64,000 bases of DNA from Eubacteriales bacterium (lineage in GTDB: Bacteria; Bacillota; Clostridia; Oscillospirales; CAG-272), in NCBI GenBank assembly GCA_045543955.1, contig JAZPYB010000023.1, positions 65,499-129,498 on the forward strand. The letters are read 5' to 3'. The position numbers and the translations under genes were made by a program. Under the pieces are notes generated by a model. The model saw nothing but the letters and a program-made list of their open reading frames with translations, searched no databases and was not told the DNA's origin. Below, in pieces: positions 1-9,826 of the stretch. Numbering within the stretch: position 1 is the stretch's first letter; every line of letters starts with the position of its first letter.

Positions 1-24
1 TTTTATCCGTCTTTGCGGACGGTC

Positions 25-141
25 GAGGCGCCTGTCCCTACACATCAAATGCAGCAAGTCCGACTAAAGCCGTTGTCGGCTTGCCAGCAAAAGGCTAGTC
101 GAGACTCTTTGACAAAGGCAAAGCCTCCATCCATCTCACCC
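25..141 (-). repeat. Dispersed non-coding repeat, inverted copy of 11348-11465
   Basis: The reverse complement (gggtgagatggatggaggctttgcctttgtcaaagag...ggcaagccgacaacggctttagtcgg...) aligns by eye along about 110 nt with 11348-11465. Confidence 0.55.
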
Positions 142-315
142 AACAGATAAGCCGCTCGTTACGAGTGGCTTTTTTGTATCTTTGCTTACGCAAACAAATC
201 AAATTCTTTCAACGCTTTTATTTGCGCTAAAAATGTTGAAAAACGATAAGTTTTATTGTACAATTAAATATATCAAAGTAAAGGTGGTAAATTTACCTTA
301 AAAGGGATGATAAAC

Positions 316-1314
316 ATGAAATCAGCTTATGAATACAACAAGGAATTGATGCAAAGGGCTATCCCGTCGATGTCCTATAACGGCGGTGACTTTCAAGAAT
401 GGAGAGCCAATGCCAGAAAAAAGCTTTCACAGCTTTTGGGCTTGGATAAGTTTGAAAGGGTAAACCCGGAATTCAATGTGGAATACCAAAAGAAAACAAA
501 CGGGGCGACTGAAATTAGATTTACCTATCAAAGCGAAGCGGGTTATCGTGTACCTTGCCATTTGTTGCTTCCTGATGGAATTGAGAAGCCACCACTGATG
601 ATATGTCTTCAAGGACACTCTAAGGGAATGCATATTTCTTTAGGCAAGCCTAAATTTTTGGGAGATGAAAAATCCATAAGTGAGGGCGACCGAGATTTTT
701 GTGTGAGAACTGTCAAGGAGGGCTTTGCGGCAATTTCGTTAGAGCAAAGAAACTTTGGAGAATGTGGCGGAGACGAAAACGGACCGAGGTGCTATGAATC
801 GACTATGACTGCATTGCTTATGGGAAGAACAACGGTAGGCGAACGCGTGTGGGATGTGTCAAGGCTAATTGATGTAATTGAAAACGAATTTGCTGATAAA
901 ATTGATACAAAAAATATTTGTTGTATGGGAAACTCCGGCGGGGGCACCGCTACGGTGTACGTTGCAGCCTTGGAGGATAGAATCACTTTGGCAATGCCAT
1001 CCTGTGCAATGTGCACATTTAAGGATTCCATCGGAGCAATGACTCATTGCTCTTGCAATTATGTACCAGCAATATCTAAATATTTTGATATGAACGATCT
1101 TATGGCAATGGCATATCCAAAGTACTTTATTCAAGTGTCGGGAATTGAGGATCCAATGTTCCCGTTGTTTGGTGCTGAGCAGGTCTTCAAAAAGGGAAAG
1201 CAGGTTTATGAATCATTAGAAAAGGGTCACCATTGTACATTGGTTAAAGGAAATGGTGGACACAGATTTTATGCTGACGAAGCATGGCCGATTGTACACA
1301 AATATCTCTTATAG
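316..1314 (+). CDS. alpha/beta-hydrolase fold esterase (carbohydrate-esterase-like)
   Basis: ORF 307..1314. Nucleophile elbow GNSGGG and C-terminal GGHRF. ATG 316 is better spaced from GGG 304-306 than ATG 307. Confidence 0.6.
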   Translation: MKSAYEYNKELMQRAIPSMSYNGGDFQEWRANARKKLSQLLGLDKFERVNPEFNVEYQKKTNGATEIRFTYQSEAGYRVPCHLLLPDGIEKPPLMICLQGHSKGMHISLGKPKFLGDEKSISEGDRDFCVRTVKEGFAAISLEQRNFGECGGDENGPRCYESTMTALLMGRTTVGERVWDVSRLIDVIENEFADKIDTKNICCMGNSGGGTATVYVAALEDRITLAMPSCAMCTFKDSIGAMTHCSCNYVPAISKYFDMNDLMAMAYPKYFIQVSGIEDPMFPLFGAEQVFKKGKQVYESLEKGHHCTLVKGNGGHRFYADEAWPIVHKYLL

Positions 1315-1563
1315 AACACTAAACAGAACATACCTTTAAATAAACTTGACCTTTAATAAAATAGTATAAATTTCAGGTGTAAATTATATTTTTAAGCAAA
1401 AGCAAAATCAATATTTAAAATATTATCTGTAAGCAAAAAGCATCAAGTAATTTTGCCTGTTGGCTTACTCAATAAAATGTACAATTCAACACTTGCGTTT
1501 TTCTTGACAAAGGTTGTTTTAAGGTGTATAATCAACGTATCAACATATTCGAGGAGAATTGTT

Positions 1564-2946
1564 ATGAAAATTGTAAACAAAAAAGCAGAAAATGTAAAAA
1601 TTGCCTATATTGGTGGTGGCTCTCGTGGCTGGGCTTGGGGTCTTATGAGTGACTTAGCCGCTAACGAGGATATGAATGGCGAGGTTTATCTATATGATAT
1701 AGATTTTGAGGCAGCACAGGCAAACGAAATTATCGGTAATAGATATAACGATTGCGAGGGTGCAAAGTCAAAATGGAGCTACAAGGCAGTTAAAACTCCA
1801 AAGGAAGCAATGACGGGCGCTGACTTTGTCGTAATTTCTATTCTTCCCGGTACATTTGATGAAATGGAGAGCGATGTTCACGTTCCGGAAAAATACGGCA
1901 TTTATCAATCTGTTGGCGATACAACAGGCCCCGGTGGAATTGTCCGTGCTATGAGGACTATTCCTATGTTTGAGGAAATCGCAAATTACGTTAAGGAATA
2001 CTGCCCAAATGCCTGGGTAATTAACTACACTAACCCAATGACCCTTTGCGTTAAGACTCTTTATAGAGTATTCCCTGAAATCAAGGCTTTTGGATGCTGC
2101 CATGAGGTTTTTGGAACACAAAGACTGCTTACGTGGGTAGTAGAGGAGTACTTAGGAAAGAAGGCTACAAGAGAGGAAATTAAGGTTAACCCAGTAGCTG
2201 TAAACCACTTTACATGGTTAACAAGTGCTACTTATCAAGGCATTGACCTATTCCCGTATTACGATAAATACTGCGATAAATATGCTGACGGACTTCCCGC
2301 AAAGCCGGATAACAACTGGATGAACAATTTCTTTGCTTGTGCCGGCAAGGTAACCTTCGATTTGTTCAAAAGATTTGGCTATATTTCAGCGGCGGGAGAT
2401 AGACACTTGGCAGAATTCTGCCCTGGAAAGTGGTATCTTGAAAGCCCCGAAAGAGTTAAAGAAATGAAGTTTGGTTTGACCCCTGTTTCTTGGAGAAAAG
2501 AGGACCTTAAGAACCGTCTTGAAAGAAGCCGCAAGCTTCTTGATGGCGAGGAAATCAAGCTTTGTAAAACAGGCGAGGAGGGTGTCAACCAAATGAGAGC
2601 TCTGCTTGGCCTTTGTGACCTTATCACAAACGTTAATATTCCAAACAAGGGACAAATTCCAAATCTTCCCCTTGGCGCAGTTGTTGAAACAAATGCTATA
2701 TTCCGCACAAATGAGCTTAGACCTGTTTTGGCTGGCGAAATTCCAACCGAGATTTACCCACTTGTTTCTAAAATTTGCTCCGAGCAGGAGGCTGTTTCCG
2801 ATGCTATTGCAAAGCGTGATATCGAGGCAATCTTTAACGCATTTGCTTCCGACCCACTTGTTACCTGTAGCATAGGCGATGCAAGAAAGATGTTCGACGA
2901 AATGGTTGAAAATACAAAAGCATATTTGACCGACTATAACATATAA
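1564..2946 (+). CDS. glycoside hydrolase family 4, LplD-like alpha-galacturonidase
   Basis: Internal start MKIVNKK... The N-terminus KIAYIGGGSRGWAWGLMSDL...YLYDIDFEAAQANEIIG closely resembles the NAD-binding N-terminus of B. subtilis LplD/GH4. The 37 upstream codons of the track ORF lack an RBS. Confidence 0.8.
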   Translation: MKIVNKKAENVKIAYIGGGSRGWAWGLMSDLAANEDMNGEVYLYDIDFEAAQANEIIGNRYNDCEGAKSKWSYKAVKTPKEAMTGADFVVISILPGTFDEMESDVHVPEKYGIYQSVGDTTGPGGIVRAMRTIPMFEEIANYVKEYCPNAWVINYTNPMTLCVKTLYRVFPEIKAFGCCHEVFGTQRLLTWVVEEYLGKKATREEIKVNPVAVNHFTWLTSATYQGIDLFPYYDKYCDKYADGLPAKPDNNWMNNFFACAGKVTFDLFKRFGYISAAGDRHLAEFCPGKWYLESPERVKEMKFGLTPVSWRKEDLKNRLERSRKLLDGEEIKLCKTGEEGVNQMRALLGLCDLITNVNIPNKGQIPNLPLGAVVETNAIFRTNELRPVLAGEIPTEIYPLVSKICSEQEAVSDAIAKRDIEAIFNAFASDPLVTCSIGDARKMFDEMVENTKAYLTDYNI

Positions 2947-2956
2947 CGACTTTTTA

Positions 2957-2996
2957 ATAGCCATAGACAAAGATCTATGGCTATTTATATTTTTGT
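2957..2996 (+). terminator. rho-independent terminator
   Basis: atagccatag-acaaagat-ctatggctat stem-loop followed by a T-rich tract. Confidence 0.6.
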
Positions 2997-3128
2997 CTTA
3001 CATATGAAATTTAAAGATATTATTTGATTGACTCAAATTCACAACATTTTTTGAAAAGATTTTTTACCAATTAAAAAGGTGTTAAAAAGCCTTATGGCAC
3101 AAAGTTTATAGCCAATTATTGCTTTTCG

Positions 3129-3980
3129 TTATCTTGAAAACTCATATTCAAAGGAGGCTCTATCGGTTTCAAATGAAAAAAGCGATTGTCCATCCTTTGT
3201 AAAGGAATATGAGGCGCGACATGCGAGGCTTTCGTTTATTGTTCGGTTCATTTTCCCACCAACAGGTGCAAAAAGAGGAAGAGAATGCTTTTTTATTAGC
3301 TTTACTGATAATACCATTTTTCCTTGCTTTATAATTATTTCCCCGTTTTCTATTTTCAGTATTTTTGCACCGAGATAGGAGGCTATGCGATATTCCTTGT
3401 TATTGAGCATAACTACACCAATTACACCGGTAAAGTTGAAAAGCCCTAGAGGAATACTTGCAATGCTTAGCATAATTGAGCCACCAGAAAAAAAGCAGTG
3501 AGTCCACGCATATTCGCGAGGGAAGGAGTAGCCCCTGTCCCCCTCAATATACCCTATATCATTGTCGAATAAATAGCTAACCCCGTTTATCTCTATTTTT
3601 CCACTTACTGTGTGCATCATACTAACAACACTGTGTCGGCACTCCATAAAGGGAACATATTTAAACGGCCCCATAATATCGTATTTTATAGGAGAAAGCT
3701 CTCCAAATTTAAGCGAGCCCACAGCACTGATTTCGGGAGCTTGTATGCATAAATCAATTCCGCTGTTTGAAAAATGATTGCTTCCAATGTCAACGCCGAA
3801 GCCACTGTTACACTGTTTAAATTCATCATAGGGGAAGGACACATTAAATACACCGTCGCTTGTAATCAGTTGTATGGACGATGAGGCGCTTTTCCTTGCC
3901 CTATGAATAGCAGGGATTATAGCCAATTCCTTGTTTGGCGCTTGGCATTTAAAATACCACCCACAAAAATATTCTCGCAT
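3129..3980 (-). CDS. hypothetical protein, possibly tocopherol-cyclase-like family
   Basis: 283 aa ORF. The N-terminal YFCGWYFKCQ resembles the EGWYFK start of the tocopherol-cyclase-like family. The family call is weak. Confidence 0.35.
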   Translation of the reverse strand: MREYFCGWYFKCQAPNKELAIIPAIHRARKSASSSIQLITSDGVFNVSFPYDEFKQCNSGFGVDIGSNHFSNSGIDLCIQAPEISAVGSLKFGELSPIKYDIMGPFKYVPFMECRHSVVSMMHTVSGKIEINGVSYLFDNDIGYIEGDRGYSFPREYAWTHCFFSGGSIMLSIASIPLGLFNFTGVIGVVMLNNKEYRIASYLGAKILKIENGEIIIKQGKMVLSVKLIKKHSLPLFAPVGGKMNRTINESLACRASYSFTKDGQSLFSFETDRASFEYEFSR

Positions 3981-4107
3981 AAAAACCTCGCGCTTGTTTT
4001 AATAACTATATTTTTACAATCTAGCGCTAAATTATACAATATGCCTTGTAAATGATTTTGAGCTTTGATATAATTAGAATAGCTTTAATGTAAAAGGTGG
4101 TGTTATT

Positions 4108-4425
4108 ATGGAAAAATACGCATGGAAGGGCAAAATAGTTGACGGTGCTATTGAGGAATACATAAAAAGGCACGATGCAATTTGGGATGAGATGAAAGAG
4201 GTTTTGGCGCGTGCCGGTATTGTAAACTACACAATTTGGAATGTAGGCAACGAGCTTTTTGGCTATTACGAGTGTGAAAAGGGCATTGAATATGCCGCTA
4301 AGGTTCAAAGGGAAAGCCCTGTGGTTGACCGTTGGAACGAATATATGAAGGACATTTTAATAATGGAAACCGACCCAAAAACCGGCGCACAGCCATTGCT
4401 TACAAAGGTTTTTTCGTTTAGATAA
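4108..4425 (+). CDS. rhaM: L-rhamnose mutarotase
   Basis: 105 aa. Size and sequence (YIKRHDAIWDEMKEVL...GIVNYTIW...LFGYYE...W..YM) are typical of the RhaM/YiiL family. Confidence 0.75.
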   Translation: MEKYAWKGKIVDGAIEEYIKRHDAIWDEMKEVLARAGIVNYTIWNVGNELFGYYECEKGIEYAAKVQRESPVVDRWNEYMKDILIMETDPKTGAQPLLTKVFSFR

Positions 4426-4495
4426 AATTTAATTGACATTTTATAGATACCTTGCTATAATGTTAATATATAAAATATATTAATTGGGGGCATCT

Positions 4496-5179
4496 ATGGA
4501 CGGTTTTATTGATTTTTTAAATTCATATGTTGTGGACCTTAGCTGGGTGTCAATTATTATAAGAATAATCCTTGCTGTTATAGTCGGTGGACTTATAGGT
4601 AGTGAAAGAGGAAGAAGCGGACGTCCGGCTGGACTTCGTACTCACATTCTTGTGTGTCTCGGCTCTGCAATGACTGCGCTTATCAGCGTTTATATTGCAG
4701 AAACAGGCAACTTTGACGATATAGCAAGAATTCCTGCACAGGTTATTTCAGGTATAGGCTTCCTCGGTGCCGGAATGATTATTGTTAAGAAAAATAGTGT
4801 AATTACAGGTCTTACTACTGCCGCCGGTATGTGGGCGACTGCAACAATCGGTATTGCAATCGGCTACGGATTTTACCTTGGTGCGCTTGTGGCAATGGGC
4901 GCATTGATTTTCACAGCCTCAGTTTTGACAATACTAGAGCGCAAAAGCAAAAAATCCGTGCATATATATGCAGAAATTTCAAAGGCAGAGGAATCTGGCA
5001 GAATCACTGAGGAGATAAGGGAAGTGCTCGGGCACGAGGCACACGTTGAGGTTTCCTCAGCAAGAAGTGGTGTGGTTGGCAACCTTGGATTATATATCAC
5101 TACAAGCACACAAAGCGCAGAGAACACTCGCCAAGAAATAGAAAAGCTAGAGGGAATTTCATTTGCAATAAGAGAATAA
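4496..5179 (+). CDS. MgtC/SapB family membrane protein
   Basis: GGLIGSERGRSGRPAGLRTHILVCLGSA motif. ATG 4496 lies 5 nt after GGGGG. The track ORF begins at TTG 4484. Confidence 0.75.
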   Translation: MDGFIDFLNSYVVDLSWVSIIIRIILAVIVGGLIGSERGRSGRPAGLRTHILVCLGSAMTALISVYIAETGNFDDIARIPAQVISGIGFLGAGMIIVKKNSVITGLTTAAGMWATATIGIAIGYGFYLGALVAMGALIFTASVLTILERKSKKSVHIYAEISKAEESGRITEEIREVLGHEAHVEVSSARSGVVGNLGLYITTSTQSAENTRQEIEKLEGISFAIRE

Positions 5180-5183
5180 AAAA

Positions 5184-5205
5184 GCACCCAACCGGGTGCT
5201 TTTTT
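5184..5205 (+). terminator. rho-independent terminator (copy 1 of an identical pair)
   Basis: gcaccc-aacc-gggtgc plus TTTTTT. The same about 29 nt recurs at 5794-5822. Confidence 0.7.
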
Positions 5206-5272
5206 CATACTTGAAAGCATAAACACTTTGTGTTATAATTAAATTGAAATAAGCAAAGAAGGGGAGAAGAGT

Positions 5273-5797
5273 ATGAACGATAGACCAAAGGTTAACTGGC
5301 GTGGCGGACTTCTTTATTTTCTTTTTATTGAAATAGAGGTTTTACTTGTTGCATTTTTCCTTGGCTTTGCAATTTATCCTATAAGAATGGCTGTTGATGA
5401 GGGCGCTTTGCGCACGCTTTTAGAAATAGTTGTCTTTATGGCTCTTGAGCTGGTAATTAGATTTTTCGTTTTCTATAACTTGTTTAAAAATAGCAGAAGA
5501 TTAGATTTTGGTTATTTCGCACAGGGCTATGCTATTACCTTCGGAATAAGACTTATTTTCTCGCTTATTACCAGCTTTGCTGCATTTTCGGCAGGGATGG
5601 CAGTTTTGGAAATCGGTGTAACATTGGCGCAGGAATTAATAAATCCTGAGATAAAAACAATGCAAGAGGTTCCAAAGCTTTTATATATAGTGGTTTTTAC
5701 AGCCTTTGAGGGCATTTCCTTGCTTATAGCATACCTTGGCTTTAGGCTTAGCGAAAGCAAAAGAGAAAAGGAAAGAAAAGAGCTTATAGGCGAATAA
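5273..5797 (+). CDS. hypothetical polytopic membrane protein
   Basis: 174 aa with 4-5 hydrophobic segments. RBS GGGGAG precedes the ATG. Confidence 0.5.
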   Translation: MNDRPKVNWRGGLLYFLFIEIEVLLVAFFLGFAIYPIRMAVDEGALRTLLEIVVFMALELVIRFFVFYNLFKNSRRLDFGYFAQGYAITFGIRLIFSLITSFAAFSAGMAVLEIGVTLAQELINPEIKTMQEVPKLLYIVVFTAFEGISLLIAYLGFRLSESKREKERKELIGE

Positions 5798-5800
5798 AAA

Positions 5801-5822
5801 GCACCCAACCGGGTGCTTTTTT
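5801..5822 (+). terminator. rho-independent terminator (copy 2 of an identical pair)
   Basis: gcaccc-aacc-gggtgc plus TTTTTT. Confidence 0.7.
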
Positions 5823-5824
5823 GT

Positions 5825-6214
5825 TTAGTTGTAAATATAATCGTGAGTTTCGAAATAGTACCAGCCATCTTCAATTTTTTTGACAAAGCACCAGTCGCTT
5901 GTGTCGCTCGCCTCGCCAAAATAGTAGCCACCGTCGCCCTCAGTATAGGTCTTTGGCAAGCTCATTTTGTCCTGTTCGCAAGGTACAACCTTGTCAGCCT
6001 TAGAGTAGTAGTAGCCGTAATATGTATTCTCGTTTGTATCATCTATTGTGTCATAGAAAAAGTATTCTATATTGTTAGATGTAGAAATGGTGCTTTTATG
6101 CTCGGCTACATATGAAGAAACCTCATCGTAATAGCTTTTAGAGAAGGAAGCGCCACAGCCCACTAGCATAAAAACAAATATTATTAGTACAAAAAATGCA
6201 ATAATTTTTTTCAT
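5825..6214 (-). CDS. small Tyr-rich lipoprotein, hypothetical
   Basis: Signal peptide MKKIIAFFVLIIFVFMLVGCG with lipobox L-V-G-C. Confidence 0.55.
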   Translation of the reverse strand: MKKIIAFFVLIIFVFMLVGCGASFSKSYYDEVSSYVAEHKSTISTSNNIEYFFYDTIDDTNENTYYGYYYSKADKVVPCEQDKMSLPKTYTEGDGGYYFGEASDTSDWCFVKKIEDGWYYFETHDYIYN

Positions 6215-6352
6215 TTTATCACCTCGTATATAGTATAACATTTTTCCTTTTCCTCGTCAACAAATTTCTTTTTGTGGTTGACTTTACTCCATAAAAGATT
6301 TATAATTAAATTACTACATATGTAGAATTTTTTGACGGAGAAGGGAATCACT

Positions 6353-7138
6353 ATGAAAATCGCAAGAATTTTATCACTCGCACTTTGTCTTTTAATGATA
6401 TTCTCATTGGTCGCTTGTGGAGCACCTACCAATGATGATAATAAAGATGAAGACAAAGAACCAACCACAGTTGCCGAATACGTTTCAAAAATAAACGAGG
6501 CAATGAAAAACATAAAGGTAAAAGTAACAAGCAAGAATACCGAGACTACAAATGGCATTGATGTAGTAACGACAAGCGTTACTTATGCCGATGGCGAAAA
6601 TTATATCACAGAGGTTGAAGGCTCAACGAATACCTTTGTGGATGACACACTCTATGTTTCTATGCCTATTGTTAATATGAAAAACAAGCTTTCGGGCGCA
6701 ACACAAAAGGCAAAAGAGGTAGGACAAGTAGTAGCCTTGGTATATGGCATTGACGAGACAAACACAGGCGTTAATGCATACAAGAGCAGCTCGTTTAAGA
6801 AAAACGACGATGGAACAGTTACTCTTGTTTTCTCAAACAATTCAGAAAGCGTTGAGAACCTTGTAGACAAAATAACAGGATCAATCGGCGTTCCGGGCTC
6901 TGCGGACCTTGGAGAATCAAGCCAAATTGTTGTAATTGATAAGAACTATCGCATACTCAGTATTACTGAATCTCACGAAATAACAGCATCTGCTTCTGGC
7001 ATTAGTATAACCAGAACCCAAAAGACAGAAGAAACCTATACATATGACGAAGCATTTGAGGTGAAAGCACCAGAGGATGCAGCTGAATATAAAGAGGTTT
7101 CCAGCTGGTATGAGCTTTTTACACAAGTTGGAGAATAA
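6353..7138 (+). CDS. lipoprotein, hypothetical
   Basis: MKIARILSLALCLLMIFSLVACG lipobox followed by a D/K-rich linker. Confidence 0.55.
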   Translation: MKIARILSLALCLLMIFSLVACGAPTNDDNKDEDKEPTTVAEYVSKINEAMKNIKVKVTSKNTETTNGIDVVTTSVTYADGENYITEVEGSTNTFVDDTLYVSMPIVNMKNKLSGATQKAKEVGQVVALVYGIDETNTGVNAYKSSSFKKNDDGTVTLVFSNNSESVENLVDKITGSIGVPGSADLGESSQIVVIDKNYRILSITESHEITASASGISITRTQKTEETYTYDEAFEVKAPEDAAEYKEVSSWYELFTQVGE

Positions 7139-7142
7139 TTAA

Positions 7143-7171
7143 TAAAAGGACGAGATTTCTCGTCCTTTTTT
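7143..7171. terminator. bidirectional terminator between convergent genes
   Basis: ggacgag-attt-ctcgtcc flanked by an A-run and a T-run. Confidence 0.65.
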
Positions 7172-7889
7172 ATTCAAGTATATTTGAGGTAATGTAGTCA
7201 ATACCCCACTCGGCTAATTTTTCGCCCTCTTCCTTTGTGTCAACAGTCCAGCAGTTTACAGTTAAGCCTGCCTTGTGGCACGCATCAATTTGCTCACGTG
7301 TCAGCTCTTTACACCAAACGTCAACATCAATCTTATCACGTGAAAGGCGGGCAATTTCCTCATCGGTTACCTTCCAAAATAGGTATTGTGCGCTTTGACT
7401 TGGCAAAATTTCCTTTACCAATTGCAAATTTTCATAAATAAAGGAGATAAAGGTAGTGTTATCAAGATAGTCATATTCCTTTATTATTTCAATAATGCGG
7501 GCAATTTGCTCTTTTGTAAAGTTAGATTTTAGCTCAAGCACGGCGTGTTTTTCATATTTTTTGCAAATCTTTATATAGTTTTCTAGGCGAGAGGGGCGCA
7601 AATCAACTCGGTCCTTTACCCCGTCCTTGTCAAAGAAGACTATATTTTGAAGTGTCTCTAGGTTTTCCTTTTCAAGGTAAATTTCCTCACCTGATAGCCT
7701 ATTATAATTATCGTCATGACCTATGATAAAATTACCATCGCTTGTTATATGAATATCGGTTTCTATTCCGTAATATGAGCGATTTCCCGCGGCAACAAAA
7801 GCCGAGTTTGTGTTTTCAACCTCAATGCCTGAAAGTCCTCTGTGTGCAACCATGCGCACATTTCTTTTGTCAAATTTAATAGTGTTCAT
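7170..7889 (-). CDS. glycerophosphodiester phosphodiesterase (GDPD family)
   Basis: VAHRGLSGIEVENT...ETDIHIT.DG..I.HD motifs. Confidence 0.8.
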   Translation of the reverse strand: MNTIKFDKRNVRMVAHRGLSGIEVENTNSAFVAAGNRSYYGIETDIHITSDGNFIIGHDDNYNRLSGEEIYLEKENLETLQNIVFFDKDGVKDRVDLRPSRLENYIKICKKYEKHAVLELKSNFTKEQIARIIEIIKEYDYLDNTTFISFIYENLQLVKEILPSQSAQYLFWKVTDEEIARLSRDKIDVDVWCKELTREQIDACHKAGLTVNCWTVDTKEEGEKLAEWGIDYITSNILE

Positions 7890-8030
7890 TTTATCCTCCC
7901 AAAAGGTGTTAAAATTATTTTATCATATCGGCGAGGCATTGTCAACAAAGAGAGAAAGAGAAAACATTTTATATTGCAATTGTAATGTAAAAATGATATT
8001 ATAAACATATAAAGCACTAAGGAGAAGGCT

Positions 8031-8732
8031 ATGAAAATAATGACATTTAATACCCAACACTGTCTAAATTATTTAGAACAGAGGGTTGACTATCAAATAA
8101 TGGCAAAGACCATTTTAGATTTAGGTGCTGAAATTGTCGGCTTAAACGAGATGTATTCCAATGCTGATGCGAGCGACGCTTTCCCAAATCAAACAAAAAA
8201 TCTCGCAGAACTATGCGGCTTTGATAACCACTATTTTGCAAAGGCGATTAATTTGTCATCTGGGGGCGCTTATGGAAACGGGCTTATTTCAAAGCACAAA
8301 TTTTTAAGTGCCGAAACAATTAAAATTCCCGACCCAGAGCCAAAAAAATATGACGGCTATTACGAAACAAGATGTATTCTTAAAGCAAAGCTTGAAAATG
8401 GATTAACTGTTATGGCTGTTCACTTTGGGCTTAATCCCGATGAGCAAGAAAACGCAGTAAAAACAATTTTAGAGAATATGGAAAACGAAAAATGCATTTT
8501 AATGGGCGACTTTAATGTAACGCCTGATAACCCCGTTCTTGCTCCTATAAAAGAGAGAATGAAGGATGCATCCGTTGGCTTTTGCGAAAATACACCAACT
8601 TGGCCAAGCGATAAGCCCGAAATAAAAATCGACTATATTTTTGTAACTCCGGATATTGAGGTTGTCAACGCCGAAATTCCCGAGATTATCGCATCTGACC
8701 ACAGAGTTCATACTGCCAAAATAAAGTTTTAA
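8031..8732 (+). CDS. endonuclease/exonuclease/phosphatase (EEP) family protein
   Basis: MTFNTQH...GLNE...GDFN...SDHRVH pattern. Confidence 0.7.
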   Translation: MKIMTFNTQHCLNYLEQRVDYQIMAKTILDLGAEIVGLNEMYSNADASDAFPNQTKNLAELCGFDNHYFAKAINLSSGGAYGNGLISKHKFLSAETIKIPDPEPKKYDGYYETRCILKAKLENGLTVMAVHFGLNPDEQENAVKTILENMENEKCILMGDFNVTPDNPVLAPIKERMKDASVGFCENTPTWPSDKPEIKIDYIFVTPDIEVVNAEIPEIIASDHRVHTAKIKF

Positions 8733-8734
8733 AA

Positions 8735-8766
8735 ACAAAAACCACGGATTTTCCGTGGTTTTTTAA
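8735..8766. terminator. bidirectional terminator
   Basis: ccacgga-ttt-tccgtgg flanked by an A-run and a T-run. Confidence 0.65.
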
Positions 8767-8767
8767 T

Positions 8768-9592
8768 TTAGTCATCAAGCAAGGCTTTTTTCTTTGCACG
8801 CAAGTGGCGAACCAGGAAGTAAATTCCATAAAACACCGCCATATAAAGAACAAAGAGCAATACAACAACGATAGGGTAAAGCGCCTTGTTCCCGCCAACC
8901 ATAGCAGTTACTATTGTGTATGGTGTGCCGTCATCTGCCATTAAAAACATATAGTTTGGCGAATCTTCGAATATATTTCCTCCGTAACAAAGACCGCAAA
9001 TTACATTAACAGCGTAAGCCAAAACGCAGAAAACACCTAAAATGGCGTGGCTCATCCAAATGTTTTTCTTTCTTACACTTGCCATTCCGGAAATAATTAT
9101 GTAAAGCGAAGTAAAACCGGAGATTGAGTGTGTGATTGCCGACACTATATTGTGAAAGCAAAAAGCGGGGTATGAGTTATAGTCCTGAATTGCGCCAATA
9201 GGTCCAACCAAAGCACCCAATATGCCAAACACCATAACAAAATCAAGCGCGCCCTCCTTTAGTCTGCCGCGACAAAACGCAGCAACGGGAATAGCAACGA
9301 GCTGAATAGAGCAGAGGAAAAGCGGAAGATTCCAAAGCAATGTCTTTATTAAGTTGTCAGACCCAATGCAATTGATTATAATTTTAACAGCCTCAAAAGA
9401 CAGTATCGAAATTGCTGAAACTATAATAACTCTGTTTTTTGTTTTGTATTCCTTTTTTCTCATCCAAAGGCCAATACCGATAGCAAGACCAATCATAAGC
9501 AATACAAAAAATGAAACCTGTACTATATGTTGCCAAGAAAAAGCGCCATTAGGCTCGCGAGTGTAGCCGCCAATGCCGAAAAACTCCTTCAT
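8768..9592 (-). CDS. integral membrane protein (YwaF/TIGR02206-like)
   Basis: 274 aa with about 7 TM segments. The family assignment is from overall look only. Confidence 0.4.
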   Translation of the reverse strand: MKEFFGIGGYTREPNGAFSWQHIVQVSFFVLLMIGLAIGIGLWMRKKEYKTKNRVIIVSAISILSFEAVKIIINCIGSDNLIKTLLWNLPLFLCSIQLVAIPVAAFCRGRLKEGALDFVMVFGILGALVGPIGAIQDYNSYPAFCFHNIVSAITHSISGFTSLYIIISGMASVRKKNIWMSHAILGVFCVLAYAVNVICGLCYGGNIFEDSPNYMFLMADDGTPYTIVTAMVGGNKALYPIVVVLLFVLYMAVFYGIYFLVRHLRAKKKALLDD

Positions 9593-9826
9593 AAAAGCTC
9601 CTTATACGACAATATTTTACAAATTGACATTATTGTATCATATAAAGCATACAAAGTACATACCAAATACAAACAATTAACAAAAAAGACATATTTAGGC
9701 TGAAAAAGAATAATTCATTAAAAATATTTACTTTTCTATGAACAAATGATATAATGCTAGTGTAAGGTTATATTTGAAAGCAAATAACGAAAAGCAATAA
9801 AATTAAATGATTAAAATGGAGGGAAA

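Noticed and set aside
1453-1563. 37-codon N-terminal extension of the GH4 ORF (TTG start at 1453)
   Set aside because: The conserved GH4 N-terminus begins at MKIV (1564). The extension is hydrophobic junk that runs through promoter-like AT-rich DNA.
2386-2970. 194-aa minus-strand ORF, plus other antisense ORFs such as 24460-24840, 38071-38499, 60939-61307, 30295-30657 and 13121-13597
   Set aside because: All lie wholly inside confidently recognised genes on the other strand or frame. They have no RBS, and their composition is low-complexity or atypical (C/R/S-rich). They are shadow ORFs.
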